Counted from the first letter of the stretch, positions 46,341-56,820 are shown. The stretch is 64,000 nt of DNA from an uncultured Faecalibacterium sp. (GCA_964504475.1 CAZDEL010000005.1:9791-73790), one strand, 5' to 3'. Program-made: numbers and translations. The notes: generated from the sequence alone by a model not told the origin.

Positions 46341-48803
46341 TTATACCTCAAACCAACGGGAAACCCTGTTGGCAAGTGCCATAGGTCTTGTAAGCTCTCT
46401 AATGTGGGAGAGGGCGTCTATGGCTTCGTTTTTATGCTGCAAGGCCTCATTTAGAGTGATTATATGAAGCCGCTTTTTAATATTGTCTGTGTTTGACAGC
46501 TTAATGGAAACTGTCTTGTTTTCGTTTTCTCTAAGGTCAAAAAAATTGTCGCTGAAATTATTTCTTTCACCGTCTATGTCGAGATAGATATATCGAGCAT
46601 AGCTGTCTGAGCTTAAAGTTATTTCAAGTGTGTTGTCCTCAATTTCCCATGTGTAGCCTATATTGCATGGCACTAAGCTTAAATCTTTATTCTCGCAGAA
46701 AATCATATTGTTTTCGCTGACAATATTGCCCATCTCATCATAAAGGGTCATAATGAGCACGTCACTTGTTTTGTCAAATTCCTTGCTTTGAGGGCTATAA
46801 ATAAGCTTAGTTGATTGCCCTTGCATATAAAGCTCAAGCATAGCTTCCTTTTCCTCTTTGGTGATAAGATTAATTGTCTTTATCAGGGCAGTGCCGTAAA
46901 AGTCAGTGCTTAAATCTGAGGTGACATATATATTGATTCTGTCCTTTTCTTTGGTGGCGCTTATGTGGACTTTTTCATAAAAATGCCTTGCGTGATACAT
47001 TAGAGCCTTTTTATTCATAGTGTAATCAATGCCTGCCCATGATGCGCCGGGCCAAATGTCATTTAGCTGCCAATAAAGAGTACCGTGACAAATATTGCCT
47101 ATTCTTCTAAAATGCTCTACAGCCTGCTTCATATATTCCATTTGCAAAAGCTGGGTGAAATACACCTTATACTCCTGCTTGCCACTTTGAGCAAAGTGCT
47201 TTGTTAAATAGTAGGATAATCTTTCTTCGCCCATGTCGCATTTTTGATGTGGCAGAAGTGATGGGTGAGGATAGGACTGCATACCAAATTCGCTGCAAAA
47301 ACGAGTCTTGCGTTTCTTCCAATAATCTTTGTCCTCATAGCCGTGCCAAACATTCCATATATGAGTGTCACCGTGGCGGTCGCTGTTCATGTTTTTCATA
47401 TACTCGCCTGAGCTTGGACTTGTGGGGTGATATGGAGTTATTGGGTCAAGCTCCTTTAGCATATTGGGGAGCTGCTCATAGAAAAACTTACCTGTTGAGT
47501 CAATAAAATCCTTCATAACGAGCCATGCCATTGACATACTTTCAATTTCATTATTGCCGCACCAAAGAGCAAGGCTTGCATGATGCTTTAGCCTTAAAAC
47601 ATTTTGTCTCACTTCATCCTTAACGCTTTGCATAAACTCATCTATCATAAAGGGATAAGCGCAGCAGGCAAAGGCGAAGTCCTGCCATAAAAGTATGCCT
47701 AATTCATCACAAATATCATAAAAGTCATCGCTTTCATAAAAGCCGCCGCCCCATATACGAAGCATATTCATGTTTGCGTCTTTGCATTGAGACAAAAGCT
47801 CATAAAGCCTATCATGAGTTATGTTGGTGTAAATGGCATCCATGGGAATGTAATTTGCACCCTTTGCGAAAATAGGTGTGCCGTTTAAAGTAAAGGCAAA
47901 ATTACTGCCGTATTGGTCTTGTCTTCTGTCAAGAGTAATAGTCCTAAAGCCTATTCGCTTTGACTTTTTATCTAAGATTTTGTTTCCCTTTTTAACGACT
48001 GCGGTGAAGGTATAAAGGGGCTGCTCACCATATCCATTACACCACCAAAGCTCCGGATTTTCAACCTCGATTATAAGGCTGTTTTCTCCTTGTGGTACTT
48101 TGTAAGTGGTACTTTTGCCGTCGGGTGAAGTTAAAATAACAGACAGCTTTTCCTCCGGCTGTGGGTTTAAAAGCTTTAATCTACATTCGGCCTTTGCTTT
48201 GTTCTTTTTTAGAGTTTGCTTAATTTCAAAGGTGTCAATAACACCGTGGGAGTAAAACCTAATATCACAGTGACCGCTAATGCCCTGCGCATCAAGCTCC
48301 GGAGCAAAATCCCAGCCAAAGTGACAGGCGCATTTTCTAATGTGGGGATGTCCTACAGTGCCGTTAGAGTTCCACGGGAGCTTTAATTCACTTTGTTTGT
48401 CTTTAATATATTGACGAACGGAAAGAAACCTTACCTCTATTTCATTTTCGCCGAGTGTAATATAGGGCTTAATATCAAAATCATATTGCAAATGTATATT
48501 GTGAGTTTCGCCAATTTTTCTTTTGTTTATATAAATTTCACTCAAGGTGTCAAGTCTATCAAAGTGAAGCACAGCCTTTTCCTGCATGAGCATTTCCTTT
48601 GTAACAGTGAAGACTCTTTTATAGCTTTTGTCATAATCGCTAAGTTTAAAATATATTTCATCGCCCTCGCACTCATTAAGCTTTGGGAGTGCGCCGGCCA
48701 ATATAAGCTCATTTAAGTCAAGACCGGGAACAGTTGCTTCATATTCCCTATTTGTGTAAGCGTCATATAAGCACCATTTTCCGTCGAGATTTATTTTTTC
48801 CAT
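46341..48803 (-). CDS. Glycoside hydrolase family 2, beta-mannosidase-like
   Basis: 820 aa. WCGNNEIE (acid/base Glu) and FCSEFGMQS (nucleophile Glu) motifs. No signal peptide. Confidence 0.75.
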   Translation of the reverse strand: MEKINLDGKWCLYDAYTNREYEATVPGLDLNELILAGALPKLNECEGDEIYFKLSDYDKSYKRVFTVTKEMLMQEKAVLHFDRLDTLSEIYINKRKIGETHNIHLQYDFDIKPYITLGENEIEVRFLSVRQYIKDKQSELKLPWNSNGTVGHPHIRKCACHFGWDFAPELDAQGISGHCDIRFYSHGVIDTFEIKQTLKKNKAKAECRLKLLNPQPEEKLSVILTSPDGKSTTYKVPQGENSLIIEVENPELWWCNGYGEQPLYTFTAVVKKGNKILDKKSKRIGFRTITLDRRQDQYGSNFAFTLNGTPIFAKGANYIPMDAIYTNITHDRLYELLSQCKDANMNMLRIWGGGFYESDDFYDICDELGILLWQDFAFACCAYPFMIDEFMQSVKDEVRQNVLRLKHHASLALWCGNNEIESMSMAWLVMKDFIDSTGKFFYEQLPNMLKELDPITPYHPTSPSSGEYMKNMNSDRHGDTHIWNVWHGYEDKDYWKKRKTRFCSEFGMQSYPHPSLLPHQKCDMGEERLSYYLTKHFAQSGKQEYKVYFTQLLQMEYMKQAVEHFRRIGNICHGTLYWQLNDIWPGASWAGIDYTMNKKALMYHARHFYEKVHISATKEKDRINIYVTSDLSTDFYGTALIKTINLITKEEKEAMLELYMQGQSTKLIYSPQSKEFDKTSDVLIMTLYDEMGNIVSENNMIFCENKDLSLVPCNIGYTWEIEDNTLEITLSSDSYARYIYLDIDGERNNFSDNFFDLRENENKTVSIKLSNTDNIKKRLHIITLNEALQHKNEAIDALSHIRELTRPMALANRVSRWFEV

Positions 48804-48944
48804 AAAGCACCGCCTAAATATAAACTACATTTTCATTATAAATGATAAGCACAAATTAATCAAGTGGAATTCCCACAAATAGGACTATATTAGCTATGAA
48901 AAGAAACTTTACGGTATCTTAATAAAATTTGTTGCCGTAAAACA

Positions 48945-48973
48945 TTGACTTTTTCTTCGCCTTGTGATAGAAT
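48945..48973 (+). promoter_or_regulatory. Sigma-A-type promoter of the pyr operon
   Basis: TTGACT, 17-nt spacer, TAGAAT. Leaves a leader of about 105 nt before pyrC. Confidence 0.45.
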
Positions 48974-49041
48974 ATACAAAATCAAAAGAGACAGACAGCA
49001 AGGCAGTCTTGCGGCATGAACTCAGTGTGCAAAGTGTAGTA

Positions 49042-49068
49042 AACTCCTTGCATCGGGGTTCTTTTTTT
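49042..49068 (+). promoter_or_regulatory. Candidate leader terminator/attenuator upstream of pyrC
   Basis: AACTCC-TTGCATC-GGGGTT (6 bp including one G.U), followed by C plus 7 T, 20 nt before the pyrC ATG. A competing TGCAA/TTGCA pairing (49028-49052) is possible. The stem is weak. Confidence 0.3.
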
Positions 49069-49087
49069 ACGAAACGGAGGCAGAGTT

Positions 49088-50326
49088 ATGACAGGGTTTA
49101 AAGCGAAGGCAATATACCGTAACGGCTCTTTTTCGTCTTTCCCATTATTTACTGACAACGGAATAATTGTTCTCCGAGATGATTTCCATGGGGATGTTAT
49201 TTCTTTTAATGATAAGTATATTTTTCCCGGTTTTGCAGATGTTCATGTTCATTTGCGAGAGCCGGGTTTTTCTTATAAGGAGACGATTAAAAGCGGCACA
49301 CTTGCTTCGGCTCATGGGGGGTACACTGCCGTATGCAGTATGCCAAACCTTAATCCCGTACCCGACAGCAAAGAAAATCTAAGTCAGCAGCTACAAATAA
49401 TTGAAAGAGATGCTGTTATAGATGTTTATCCCTACGGTGCAATAACAGTGGGGCAAATGGGCGAAAAATTAAGTGATATGGATGACATTGCGCAAAATGT
49501 CGTTGCTTTTTCAGACGATGGCAGGGGAGTGCAAAGTGACGAGCTCATGGAAAAAGCCATGATAAAGGCAAAGAGTCTCGACAAGATGATAGTGGCTCAT
49601 TGCGAAGTAAACGATTTACTTAAAGGCGGCTACATACATGATGGAGAGTATGCCAAAGAGCATGGGCACAAAGGCATTTGCTCACAAAGCGAATGGGGTC
49701 AAATTAAAAGAGATTTAGAGCTTGTTGAAAAGACAGGGTGCAAATATCATGTCTGTCACATCTCAGCTAAAGAGAGTGTTGAGCTTATAAGACAAGCTAA
49801 GAAAAAAGGTCTTGATGTCACCTGTGAGACAGGACCGCACTATTTAGTGCTCAGCGACAAGGACTTAAAAGAGGAAGGCAGATTTAAAATGAATCCCCCA
49901 CTTCGTAGTGAGGAAGATAGACTTGCCTTAATCGAGGGCATAAAGGACGGCACAATTGATATGATTGCAACCGACCATGCGCCTCACTCAGCCGAAGAAA
50001 AAGGCAGAGGTCTTGAAAAGAGTCTCATGGGCATAGTCGGAATTGAAACAGCTTTTCCTATACTTTACACCTATTTAGTTAAGACGGGCATCATTTCCCT
50101 GGAAAAGCTTATTGCACTTCTCAGTGATAACCCGAGAAAACGCTTCTCACTTCCCGGCGGCACTAATGAGGGCGATAAGGCAGATTTTATCGTTGTGGAT
50201 TTAGATGAGGAATATACAATAAACAGTAAGGACTTTTACTCAATGGGCAGAGCAACACCCTTTGACGGCTATAAGGTTTATGGCAAGGTTCTTCACGCAT
50301 ATATAAACGGAAACGAGATATTTTAA
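49088..50326 (+). CDS. pyrC: Dihydroorotase
   Basis: FADVHVHLREPG and ATDHAPH motifs. Confidence 0.85.
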   Translation: MTGFKAKAIYRNGSFSSFPLFTDNGIIVLRDDFHGDVISFNDKYIFPGFADVHVHLREPGFSYKETIKSGTLASAHGGYTAVCSMPNLNPVPDSKENLSQQLQIIERDAVIDVYPYGAITVGQMGEKLSDMDDIAQNVVAFSDDGRGVQSDELMEKAMIKAKSLDKMIVAHCEVNDLLKGGYIHDGEYAKEHGHKGICSQSEWGQIKRDLELVEKTGCKYHVCHISAKESVELIRQAKKKGLDVTCETGPHYLVLSDKDLKEEGRFKMNPPLRSEEDRLALIEGIKDGTIDMIATDHAPHSAEEKGRGLEKSLMGIVGIETAFPILYTYLVKTGIISLEKLIALLSDNPRKRFSLPGGTNEGDKADFIVVDLDEEYTINSKDFYSMGRATPFDGYKVYGKVLHAYINGNEIF

Positions 50327-50337
50327 AGGAGGCTTCT

Positions 50338-51069
50338 ATGACACAGGGAATTTACACTGTAATGAGCAACATTGCTTTAACTCACAGTGTTTATAAAATG
50401 GTGCTTCAAGGTGACACATCAGCTCTCACTGCACCGGGTCAGTTCGTTAACTTAACAGTTGACGGTTGCTTTTTAAGACGCCCCATTTCAGTTTATGACT
50501 GGGACGAAACCACAATAACAATTATCTACAAGGTCGTAGGTGAGGGTACAGAAAAAATGGCTAAGTGGCAAAAGGGATATGAATGTGATATCCTTGTGGG
50601 CCTTGGCAATGGCTTTAATATGTCAAGAAGCGGTGACACACCACTGCTCATTGGCGGCGGTGTTGGCATACCACCTCTTTACGGCCTTTGCAAAAGGCTT
50701 ATATCAGACGGCAAAAAGCCTACAGTTATTTTAGGCTTTAATGAGCAAAGGGAGATTTTCGCAAAGGAAGCCTTTGAAGAAATAGGAGCGAAAACAATAG
50801 TAGCCACTGTTGACGGCTCAGTCGGAGTTAAGGGCTTTGTTACAGACGCTATGAAGGAGCTTTCCTATTCATATTTTTACACCTGTGGCCCTATGCCTAT
50901 GTTTAAAGCAATTGAAAAGACTGCTGTTGGCAGTGGAGAATATAGCTTCGAGGAAAGAATGGGCTGCGGCTTTGGTGCTTGTATGGGCTGTAGCTGCAAG
51001 ACAAAATATGGCAACAAGAGAATTTGCAAGGACGGACCTGTGCTGCAAAGGGAGGAAATAATATGGTAA
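50338..51069 (+). CDS. pyrK: Dihydroorotate dehydrogenase B electron-transfer subunit
   Basis: RRPISV FAD motif and a C-terminal 2Fe-2S cluster CGFGACMGCSCK..CKDGPV. Confidence 0.85.
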   Translation: MTQGIYTVMSNIALTHSVYKMVLQGDTSALTAPGQFVNLTVDGCFLRRPISVYDWDETTITIIYKVVGEGTEKMAKWQKGYECDILVGLGNGFNMSRSGDTPLLIGGGVGIPPLYGLCKRLISDGKKPTVILGFNEQREIFAKEAFEEIGAKTIVATVDGSVGVKGFVTDAMKELSYSYFYTCGPMPMFKAIEKTAVGSGEYSFEERMGCGFGACMGCSCKTKYGNKRICKDGPVLQREEIIW

Positions 51070-51974
51070 ACACGAAGGTTAATTTATTAGGCTTAGAGTT
51101 AGATAATCCTGTTATTCCCGCTTCGGGTACATTTGGCTTTGGCTATGAATATGCAGAGCTTTACGATATAAACTGTCTTGGCTCAATTTCCTTTAAGGGT
51201 ACTACTTTAGAAAGCAGATTTGGCAACCCGACACCGAGAATCGCAGAGTGTACCATGGGTATGATAAACTCTGTGGGTTTGCAAAACCCCGGTGTGGAAA
51301 AGGTTATAAACGAGGAGCTGCCAAAGCTTAAAAAGGTATATAACAAAAAAGTCATTGCCAATGTTGGCGGCTTTGCTGTTGAGGAATATGAAAAGTGTGC
51401 CTCACTTCTTGACGAGCAGGAGCAGGTTGGCATTTTAGAGATAAATATAAGCTGCCCCAACCTTCATGCCGGTGGCAAAAACTTTGGCGTTACTGCCGAC
51501 GGAGCTTTTAAGGTTATTGAGGCTGTTAAAAAAGTGACAACTAAGCCGGTTTTAGCAAAGCTTACACCAAATGTAACAGATATAACGGAAATTGCCCTTG
51601 CCTGCCAACAGGCCGGTGCAGACGGCATTAGTATGATAAACACTCTTTTAGGCATGAGAATAGACCTTAAAACTAAAAAGCCTGTTATTGCAAATAAAAT
51701 GGGCGGCTTTTCCGGCCCGGCAATTTTGCCCGTAGCTCTCAGAGCCGTATATCAGGTTTATGAAAAGGTGGATATCCCCATAGTTGGTATGGGCGGTATT
51801 TCATCGGCAAAAGATGTCATTGAGATGATGCTCGCAGGTGCTACGGCTGTTCAAGTCGGCGCCGCAAACTTAGTTAATCCCTATGCCTGCCGTGATATTA
51901 TCAATGAGCTTCCGGCAGTCATGGAGAAATATAATATAACAAATTTAAGTGAAATTATCGGAGGTGCTCACTAA
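51063..51974 (+). CDS. pyrD: Dihydroorotate dehydrogenase B catalytic subunit
   Basis: [13 protein letters not shown] and NISCPN motifs. ATG 51063 overlaps the pyrK stop (ATATGGTAA). The track start 51024 is rejected. Confidence 0.9.
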   Translation: MVNTKVNLLGLELDNPVIPASGTFGFGYEYAELYDINCLGSISFKGTTLESRFGNPTPRIAECTMGMINSVGLQNPGVEKVINEELPKLKKVYNKKVIANVGGFAVEEYEKCASLLDEQEQVGILEINISCPNLHAGGKNFGVTADGAFKVIEAVKKVTTKPVLAKLTPNVTDITEIALACQQAGADGISMINTLLGMRIDLKTKKPVIANKMGGFSGPAILPVALRAVYQVYEKVDIPIVGMGGISSAKDVIEMMLAGATAVQVGAANLVNPYACRDIINELPAVMEKYNITNLSEIIGGAH

Positions 51975-52672
51975 TGGGTAGAGATGTAATTGTTGCTTGC
52001 GATTTCAGCAGTAAAGAGGAGGTTTTCGCCTTCCTTGACAAGTTTGAGGGCAAAAAGCCTTTTGTTAAAATAGGTATGGAGCTTTTTTATGCGGAAGGTC
52101 CTGAAATAGTTAGAGAAATAAAGAAAAGAGGTCATAAGATTTTCCTTGACCTTAAGCTTCATGATATCCCTAACACTGTTAAAAAGTCTATGAGTGTACT
52201 TTCAAGGCTTGATGTTGACCTTTGCAATCTTCATGCCGCAGGCACAAAGGGTATGATGACAGCCGCTCTTGAGGGGCTTACAAGAGAAGACGGCACAAGA
52301 CCGCTTCTTATTGCCGTAACACAGCTCACCTCAACTGACCAAGAGAGTATGGAAAATGACCTTCTCATTAAAGAGCCTATTGACAAGGTGGTTATGCACT
52401 ATGCTAAGAACGCTGCCGATGCAGGTCTTGACGGTGTTGTTTGCTCACCTCTTGAGGCAGGCAAGGTACACGAAACCTGTGGAGATAAATTCTTAACCGT
52501 TACTCCCGGTGTACGCTTCGCTGACGGTGATGTAGGCGACCAAAAGAGAGTTATGACTCCCGCTCAGGCAAAGGAAATCGGCTCAGACTATATTGTTGTG
52601 GGAAGACCAATTACCGCTGCCGCTGACCCTGTTGCAGCATATGAGAGATGCTTAGCTGAGTTTATCGGCTAA
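51974..52672 (+). CDS. pyrF: Orotidine-5'-phosphate decarboxylase
   Basis: [22 protein letters not shown] and VVGRPI motifs. Confidence 0.9.
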   Translation: MGRDVIVACDFSSKEEVFAFLDKFEGKKPFVKIGMELFYAEGPEIVREIKKRGHKIFLDLKLHDIPNTVKKSMSVLSRLDVDLCNLHAAGTKGMMTAALEGLTREDGTRPLLIAVTQLTSTDQESMENDLLIKEPIDKVVMHYAKNAADAGLDGVVCSPLEAGKVHETCGDKFLTVTPGVRFADGDVGDQKRVMTPAQAKEIGSDYIVVGRPITAAADPVAAYERCLAEFIG

Positions 52673-52710
52673 AATAAAAATGTAAATTAAATCGAAAGGA
52701 TTGATATATA

Positions 52711-53349
52711 ATGGAAAAAATTATCGCAAAAGACTTACTTTCAATTGGAGCTGTTTTCCTTCGCCCACAGCAGCCTTTCACATGGGCAAGCGGAATAAAA
52801 AGCCCTATTTACTGTGACAACAGACTTACACTTACTTCACCTCAGGTTAGAAATGATGTGGAGACAGGTCTTGCAAAAACAATACTTAAATATTATCCCG
52901 ACTGTGAGGTTATTATGGGCACTTCAACTGCCGGTATCGCTCACGCAGCTATTGTCGGCCACATTTTAGGCCTTCCCATGGGTTATGTCAGAAGCGGTCA
53001 TAAGGATCATGGCAGAGGAAACCAAATCGAGGGTAAGCTTGAAAAGGGTCAGAAGGTTGTTGTTGTTGAGGATCTCATCTCAACAGGCGGCAGTGTACTG
53101 GAGGTAGTAGAGGTATTAAGAGAAGCAGGCGCTCAGGTGCTTGGCATCGCTTCAATTTTCACCTACGGTATGCAAAAGGGCATTGACAGAATGGCTGCAG
53201 CTAATGTAATCAATCGCTCACTTTCAAACCTTGACGCTGTCGCAGAAGTTGCAGCTGAGGAAGGCTATATTGAAAAAGGTGACATTGAACGCTTGCTTAA
53301 ATTCAGAGCTAACCCCTCAGATGAAAGCTGGATAGGAGGCAACGCATGA
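52711..53349 (+). CDS. pyrE: Orotate phosphoribosyltransferase
   Basis: PRPP-binding motif [13 protein letters not shown]. Confidence 0.9.
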   Translation: MEKIIAKDLLSIGAVFLRPQQPFTWASGIKSPIYCDNRLTLTSPQVRNDVETGLAKTILKYYPDCEVIMGTSTAGIAHAAIVGHILGLPMGYVRSGHKDHGRGNQIEGKLEKGQKVVVVEDLISTGGSVLEVVEVLREAGAQVLGIASIFTYGMQKGIDRMAAANVINRSLSNLDAVAEVAAEEGYIEKGDIERLLKFRANPSDESWIGGNA

Positions 53350-54266
53350 GAAGTCTTATCAATATTCTCGACCTGACAACTCAGGAGATTGATAAATTAC
53401 TCGATGTAGCTGACGATATTATCGCAAATCCCAAAAAGTATTCAGAGGTTTGTCACGGCAAAAAATTAGCGACTCTTTTCTTTGAGCCGTCAACAAGAAC
53501 AAGACTCAGCTTTGAAGCTGCTATGTATGAGCTTGGAGGCAATGTTCTTGGCTTCTCTGAGGCAAACTCCTCATCAGCCGCTAAGGGCGAGAGTGTCGCT
53601 GACACCACAAGGACAGTTAGCTGCTATGCGGATATTATTGCTATGCGTCACCCAAAGGAGGGCGCACCACTTGTGGCTTCCATGCACTCCGGCGTACCGA
53701 TAATAAATGCCGGTGACGGAGGACACAACCACCCAACACAGACACTTACTGACCTTCTCACAATCAGAAGAAAAATGGGCAAGCTCAGTAATTTTACCAT
53801 AGGCTTTTGCGGCGACTTGAAGTTTGGCAGGACTGTACATTCACTTCTTCAAGCACTTTCACGCTATGAAAATATAAAGGTGGTGCTCATTTCTCCCAAT
53901 GAGCTTAAGGTACCATCATATATTAAGCATGATGTGCTTAGAAAAAACGGTGTTGAATATAAGCAAACAACAGATCTTGAAAGTGTACTTCCCGAGCTTG
54001 ATGTGCTTTATATGACAAGAGTTCAGCGTGAAAGATTCCTCTCGGAGGAGGAGTACATCAGATTGCGTGACAGCTATATCCTCACTCGTGAAAAGCTCAA
54101 GGACGCTAAAGAGAGTCTTACCATACTTCACCCATTACCAAGAGTTAATGAGATATCTGTTGATGTTGACGACGACCCAAGAGCGTGTTATTTTGAGCAG
54201 GCACTTTGCGGCAAATATGTCAGGATGGCTCTTATTATGGAGCTTCTCGATATACATTTGGATTAA
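53346..54266 (+). CDS. pyrB: Aspartate carbamoyltransferase catalytic subunit
   Basis: [17 protein letters not shown] and HPLPR motifs. Confidence 0.9.
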   Translation: MRSLINILDLTTQEIDKLLDVADDIIANPKKYSEVCHGKKLATLFFEPSTRTRLSFEAAMYELGGNVLGFSEANSSSAAKGESVADTTRTVSCYADIIAMRHPKEGAPLVASMHSGVPIINAGDGGHNHPTQTLTDLLTIRRKMGKLSNFTIGFCGDLKFGRTVHSLLQALSRYENIKVVLISPNELKVPSYIKHDVLRKNGVEYKQTTDLESVLPELDVLYMTRVQRERFLSEEEYIRLRDSYILTREKLKDAKESLTILHPLPRVNEISVDVDDDPRACYFEQALCGKYVRMALIMELLDIHLD

Positions 54267-54283
54267 AATTAAGGAGGAGCGAA

Positions 54284-54697
54284 ATGAATATAGACTCAAT
54301 CAAAGACGGCATAGTTATTGACCATATAACCGCCGGAAATGCTATGACTATTTACGGCCTTTTAGGTTTTGACAAATTAGAGTGTAGCATTGCCATTATA
54401 AAAAATGTTTCCAGCAAAAAAATGGGCAAGAAGGACATTATCAAAATTGACAGCAACATTGATATAAACCTTGAAGCTCTCGGCTACATTGACCCGGGAG
54501 TTACCATTGATATAATAAGAGACGGCTCTCTCGTCGATAAGAGAAGCGTAGATTTGCCTGAGACTCTCCACGGTGTATTAAGGTGCAAAAACCCCAGATG
54601 TATAACATCCTGTGAGCAGGAGTTAGAGCAGGTTTTTGTGCTCACTGACAAGGGCAAGAAGATATATAGATGTATGTATTGCGAGGCAAAAGCGTAA
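54284..54697 (+). CDS. pyrI: Aspartate carbamoyltransferase regulatory subunit
   Basis: IKDGIVIDHI N-terminus and a C-terminal zinc site CKNPRCIT..YRCMYCE. ATG 54284 with an AAGGAGG RBS is preferred over the track start 54206. Confidence 0.85.
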   Translation: MNIDSIKDGIVIDHITAGNAMTIYGLLGFDKLECSIAIIKNVSSKKMGKKDIIKIDSNIDINLEALGYIDPGVTIDIIRDGSLVDKRSVDLPETLHGVLRCKNPRCITSCEQELEQVFVLTDKGKKIYRCMYCEAKA

Positions 54698-54705
54698 AAA
54701 AATAA

Positions 54706-54740
54706 AAGGCAGGTGTGTGATGAGCATACCTGCCTTTTTG
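54706..54740 (+). terminator. Rho-independent terminator of the pyr operon
   Basis: AAGGCAGGT-13 nt-ACCTGCCTT followed by TTTG. Confidence 0.65.
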
Positions 54741-54872
54741 ATGGGTGAGTGGTGTTTTGGTACTCTGCCGAGGTGGGGAGAGTGTGCGATTTTGAAAGAA
54801 TGTTGTTTGTGGGTGTTTAGGGAAAACTGCTCTTATATGGGTGAAAGCATGGGGGAATGTTTAATTACTTCT

Positions 54873-55757
54873 TTACTCTTTATTTTTAAGCATATCAAAA
54901 GGATAATCAATTATATGAGCTTTTCTGTGTCTGAGCATTGTTATATAAAACTTCTTTTGGAGGTCTGATATACAAGAAATGTCATTTATCATTTTTTCAA
55001 TAGCAGACATATTAATTTTTGGAGCTATACGCATTAAGGCGCTGTTACAATCGTTGTTCTGTAGAGAAGAAATAAAGTCAAAATAGTTGATTTTTTTCCC
55101 TTCGTATTGTATTGCGGAGGTAGGGAAAACAAAAATACGAGCGTCCATTTCTTCCTTGCTTGAAAGAATAGCAGACATAGTTTCTTCACTTGCCTGAGGA
55201 TAAAGACAGCTTCCGCAGTCATATACAGGAGCTATATTAATTTCATCAGTTTGCTCATTATATAAAAACCCCCAGTTGCCGTTGTGTCGGTCAAAGTTAC
55301 CAATAAACGCATCAGCAATAAATAAATTCCAAAAATGCTCTGTAAGCCTCTTTGGGTCTATTGCCTGTTGATTTTCGATGGTATATATAATGTCCTTCAA
55401 TTCCGTTCCATAACCGTTATGAGCAGAATCTATCATTTGATTTTTTAAAGAAGCAAAGTCTTGTAGTGTTATACCGAGTGAGGTAAAATCTTTACAAGCA
55501 ACAACAATTTTTTCTTTATCCCTAATAGTAAACTTACCTAATAAGGTTTCTTGCGTCTTAATATCAAGTATATTTAGAATATGAGAGCCGATATATTCTG
55601 ATATACAGCTGTTTGTATAGCTCATATCTGTGTTTTTTCTCGGTACAGACGGAAATTTTAACATATATTGTTCATCATTGTAAACAACGGAAATCTTACT
55701 TCCATTAGCACCGGCATAAGCCTTATTCTTTCTTGGCAATGTGGAAAAATCTATCAT
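54873..55757 (-). CDS. Minimal HipA-family serine/threonine kinase (putative TA toxin), 294 aa
   Basis: Gly-rich loop AYAGANGSKIS already at residues 13-23. Catalytic motif IGNFDRHNGNWGF. Mg-binding motif APVYDCGS. GAGGTGA RBS. Starts 6 nt after the HTH gene. Confidence 0.75.
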   Translation of the reverse strand: MIDFSTLPRKNKAYAGANGSKISVVYNDEQYMLKFPSVPRKNTDMSYTNSCISEYIGSHILNILDIKTQETLLGKFTIRDKEKIVVACKDFTSLGITLQDFASLKNQMIDSAHNGYGTELKDIIYTIENQQAIDPKRLTEHFWNLFIADAFIGNFDRHNGNWGFLYNEQTDEINIAPVYDCGSCLYPQASEETMSAILSSKEEMDARIFVFPTSAIQYEGKKINYFDFISSLQNNDCNSALMRIAPKINMSAIEKMINDISCISDLQKKFYITMLRHRKAHIIDYPFDMLKNKE

Positions 55758-55763
55758 TTGTTC

Positions 55764-56201
55764 TCACCTCTGCAATCCTAAATACTTTTCTCTTAAATAC
55801 CAAGCTTGCTCAGAAGAAATAATATTATTAACCTCTGCGGAATTAATATCACTTTGAAGTTCGCAATAATAGCAGTCCATCAGAGTTACAACTACTCCCT
55901 TCTCCTGCTTTTTCAAAGCATCCTTATACATGGATAGAGAGTTTTCAAGAAATTCGGGAAGATTACATTCCAAATAACCCATATTAACAGGCTTTCCATT
56001 AGTACCATAATCAGCCTCGAGTAGCTCCTCCATTGTACAGTTTAAAGCCTTAGCCAAAAGCATAACCGTTTTTGCGGAGCATTTTTCAAGTGAGCTTCTT
56101 CCGGCACAGATATCTATAACAGTTGTTTTAGGAACGCCGCTTATTTTTGACAATTGGTACATTGTCATATTTTTTTCTCTTAAAGCTGATTGTAAATCCA
56201 T
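55764..56201 (-). CDS. XRE-family HTH protein with an 80-aa C-terminal extension (putative HipB-like antitoxin)
   Basis: MTMYQLSKISGVPKTTVIDICAGRSSLEKCSAKTVMLLAKALNCTMEELLE is a Cro/C1-type HTH. About 80 further residues of unknown fold follow. GAGGTGA RBS. Confidence 0.7.
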   Translation of the reverse strand: MDLQSALREKNMTMYQLSKISGVPKTTVIDICAGRSSLEKCSAKTVMLLAKALNCTMEELLEADYGTNGKPVNMGYLECNLPEFLENSLSMYKDALKKQEKGVVVTLMDCYYCELQSDINSAEVNNIISSEQAWYLREKYLGLQR

Positions 56202-56220
56202 ACTTTATCACCTCAAATAT

Positions 56221-56249
56221 ATTATATCGTTATGCCGACCTATTGTCAA
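56221..56249 (-). promoter_or_regulatory. Consensus sigma-A promoter of the HTH/HipA-like operon
   Basis: Minus strand: TTGACA, 17-nt spacer, TATAAT (perfect hexamers), 20 nt upstream of the HTH ATG. Confidence 0.55.
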
Positions 56250-56280
56250 TATACGAGTGATTTTTATTTGCAAAAGCGTG

Positions 56281-56313
56281 AATAAAAAACTGCCCTCACG
56301 AGTGCAAGGGCAG
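56281..56313 (-). terminator. Rho-independent terminator downstream of the DUF4177 gene
   Basis: Minus strand: CTGCCCT-10 nt-AGGGCAG followed by TTTTTTATT. Confidence 0.55.
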
Positions 56314-56419
56314 TATACATTACAAAAGCGTTTTGCAATTATATTGATGGTACTTTTGAGCGTACCTTATTAAAATCATTAGTGGTTAGAAATTCATTGA
56401 AGGATTTATTCTTGCAACT

Positions 56420-56626
56420 TTAAATCTCTTTTTCAAAAATCAAGTCAAGCTCCTGCACATGACCTGTACCACGCTGCTTTGTGGGTACATAGCCTACATA
56501 ACGCCAGCCTTGTTCAGCGCGTTCGTCTATAATGGAACGATAATCTTCGATAGAATAAACATTGCCTGAGCCAAAGCCCCAACCGTCAAAATCGCAGCTT
56601 ACAGATTCATAGTCATACTTATACAT
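56420..56626 (-). CDS. DUF4177-like small protein (68 aa)
   Basis: MYKYDYESVSCDF...EQGWRYVGYVP...ELDLIFEKEI pattern. AAGGAGG RBS 8 nt before ATG 56626. The longer track start 56668 has no RBS. Confidence 0.5.
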   Translation of the reverse strand: MYKYDYESVSCDFDGWGFGSGNVYSIEDYRSIIDERAEQGWRYVGYVPTKQRGTGHVQELDLIFEKEI

Positions 56627-56820
56627 AACAGTGACCTCCTTAAATAGTGGGTAGATTAATTGTACCATATACTTGCAATTAAATCAACCGGAGTACATAT
56701 TCTCGTGTAAATATAAGGGCTTTGGAATGAAATTTTAGATGTGGGGGAGTGGGATAGTGCTTAGATAAAAAACCTCATAGATCCATAGATATTTCAAGGA
56801 GATTGTTTTATGGAAATTTA

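Noticed and set aside
54636-54968. 110-aa plus-strand ORF downstream of pyrI.
   Set aside because: It starts inside pyrI, runs across the pyr terminator hairpin, and ends antisense to the HipA-like gene. It has no RBS.
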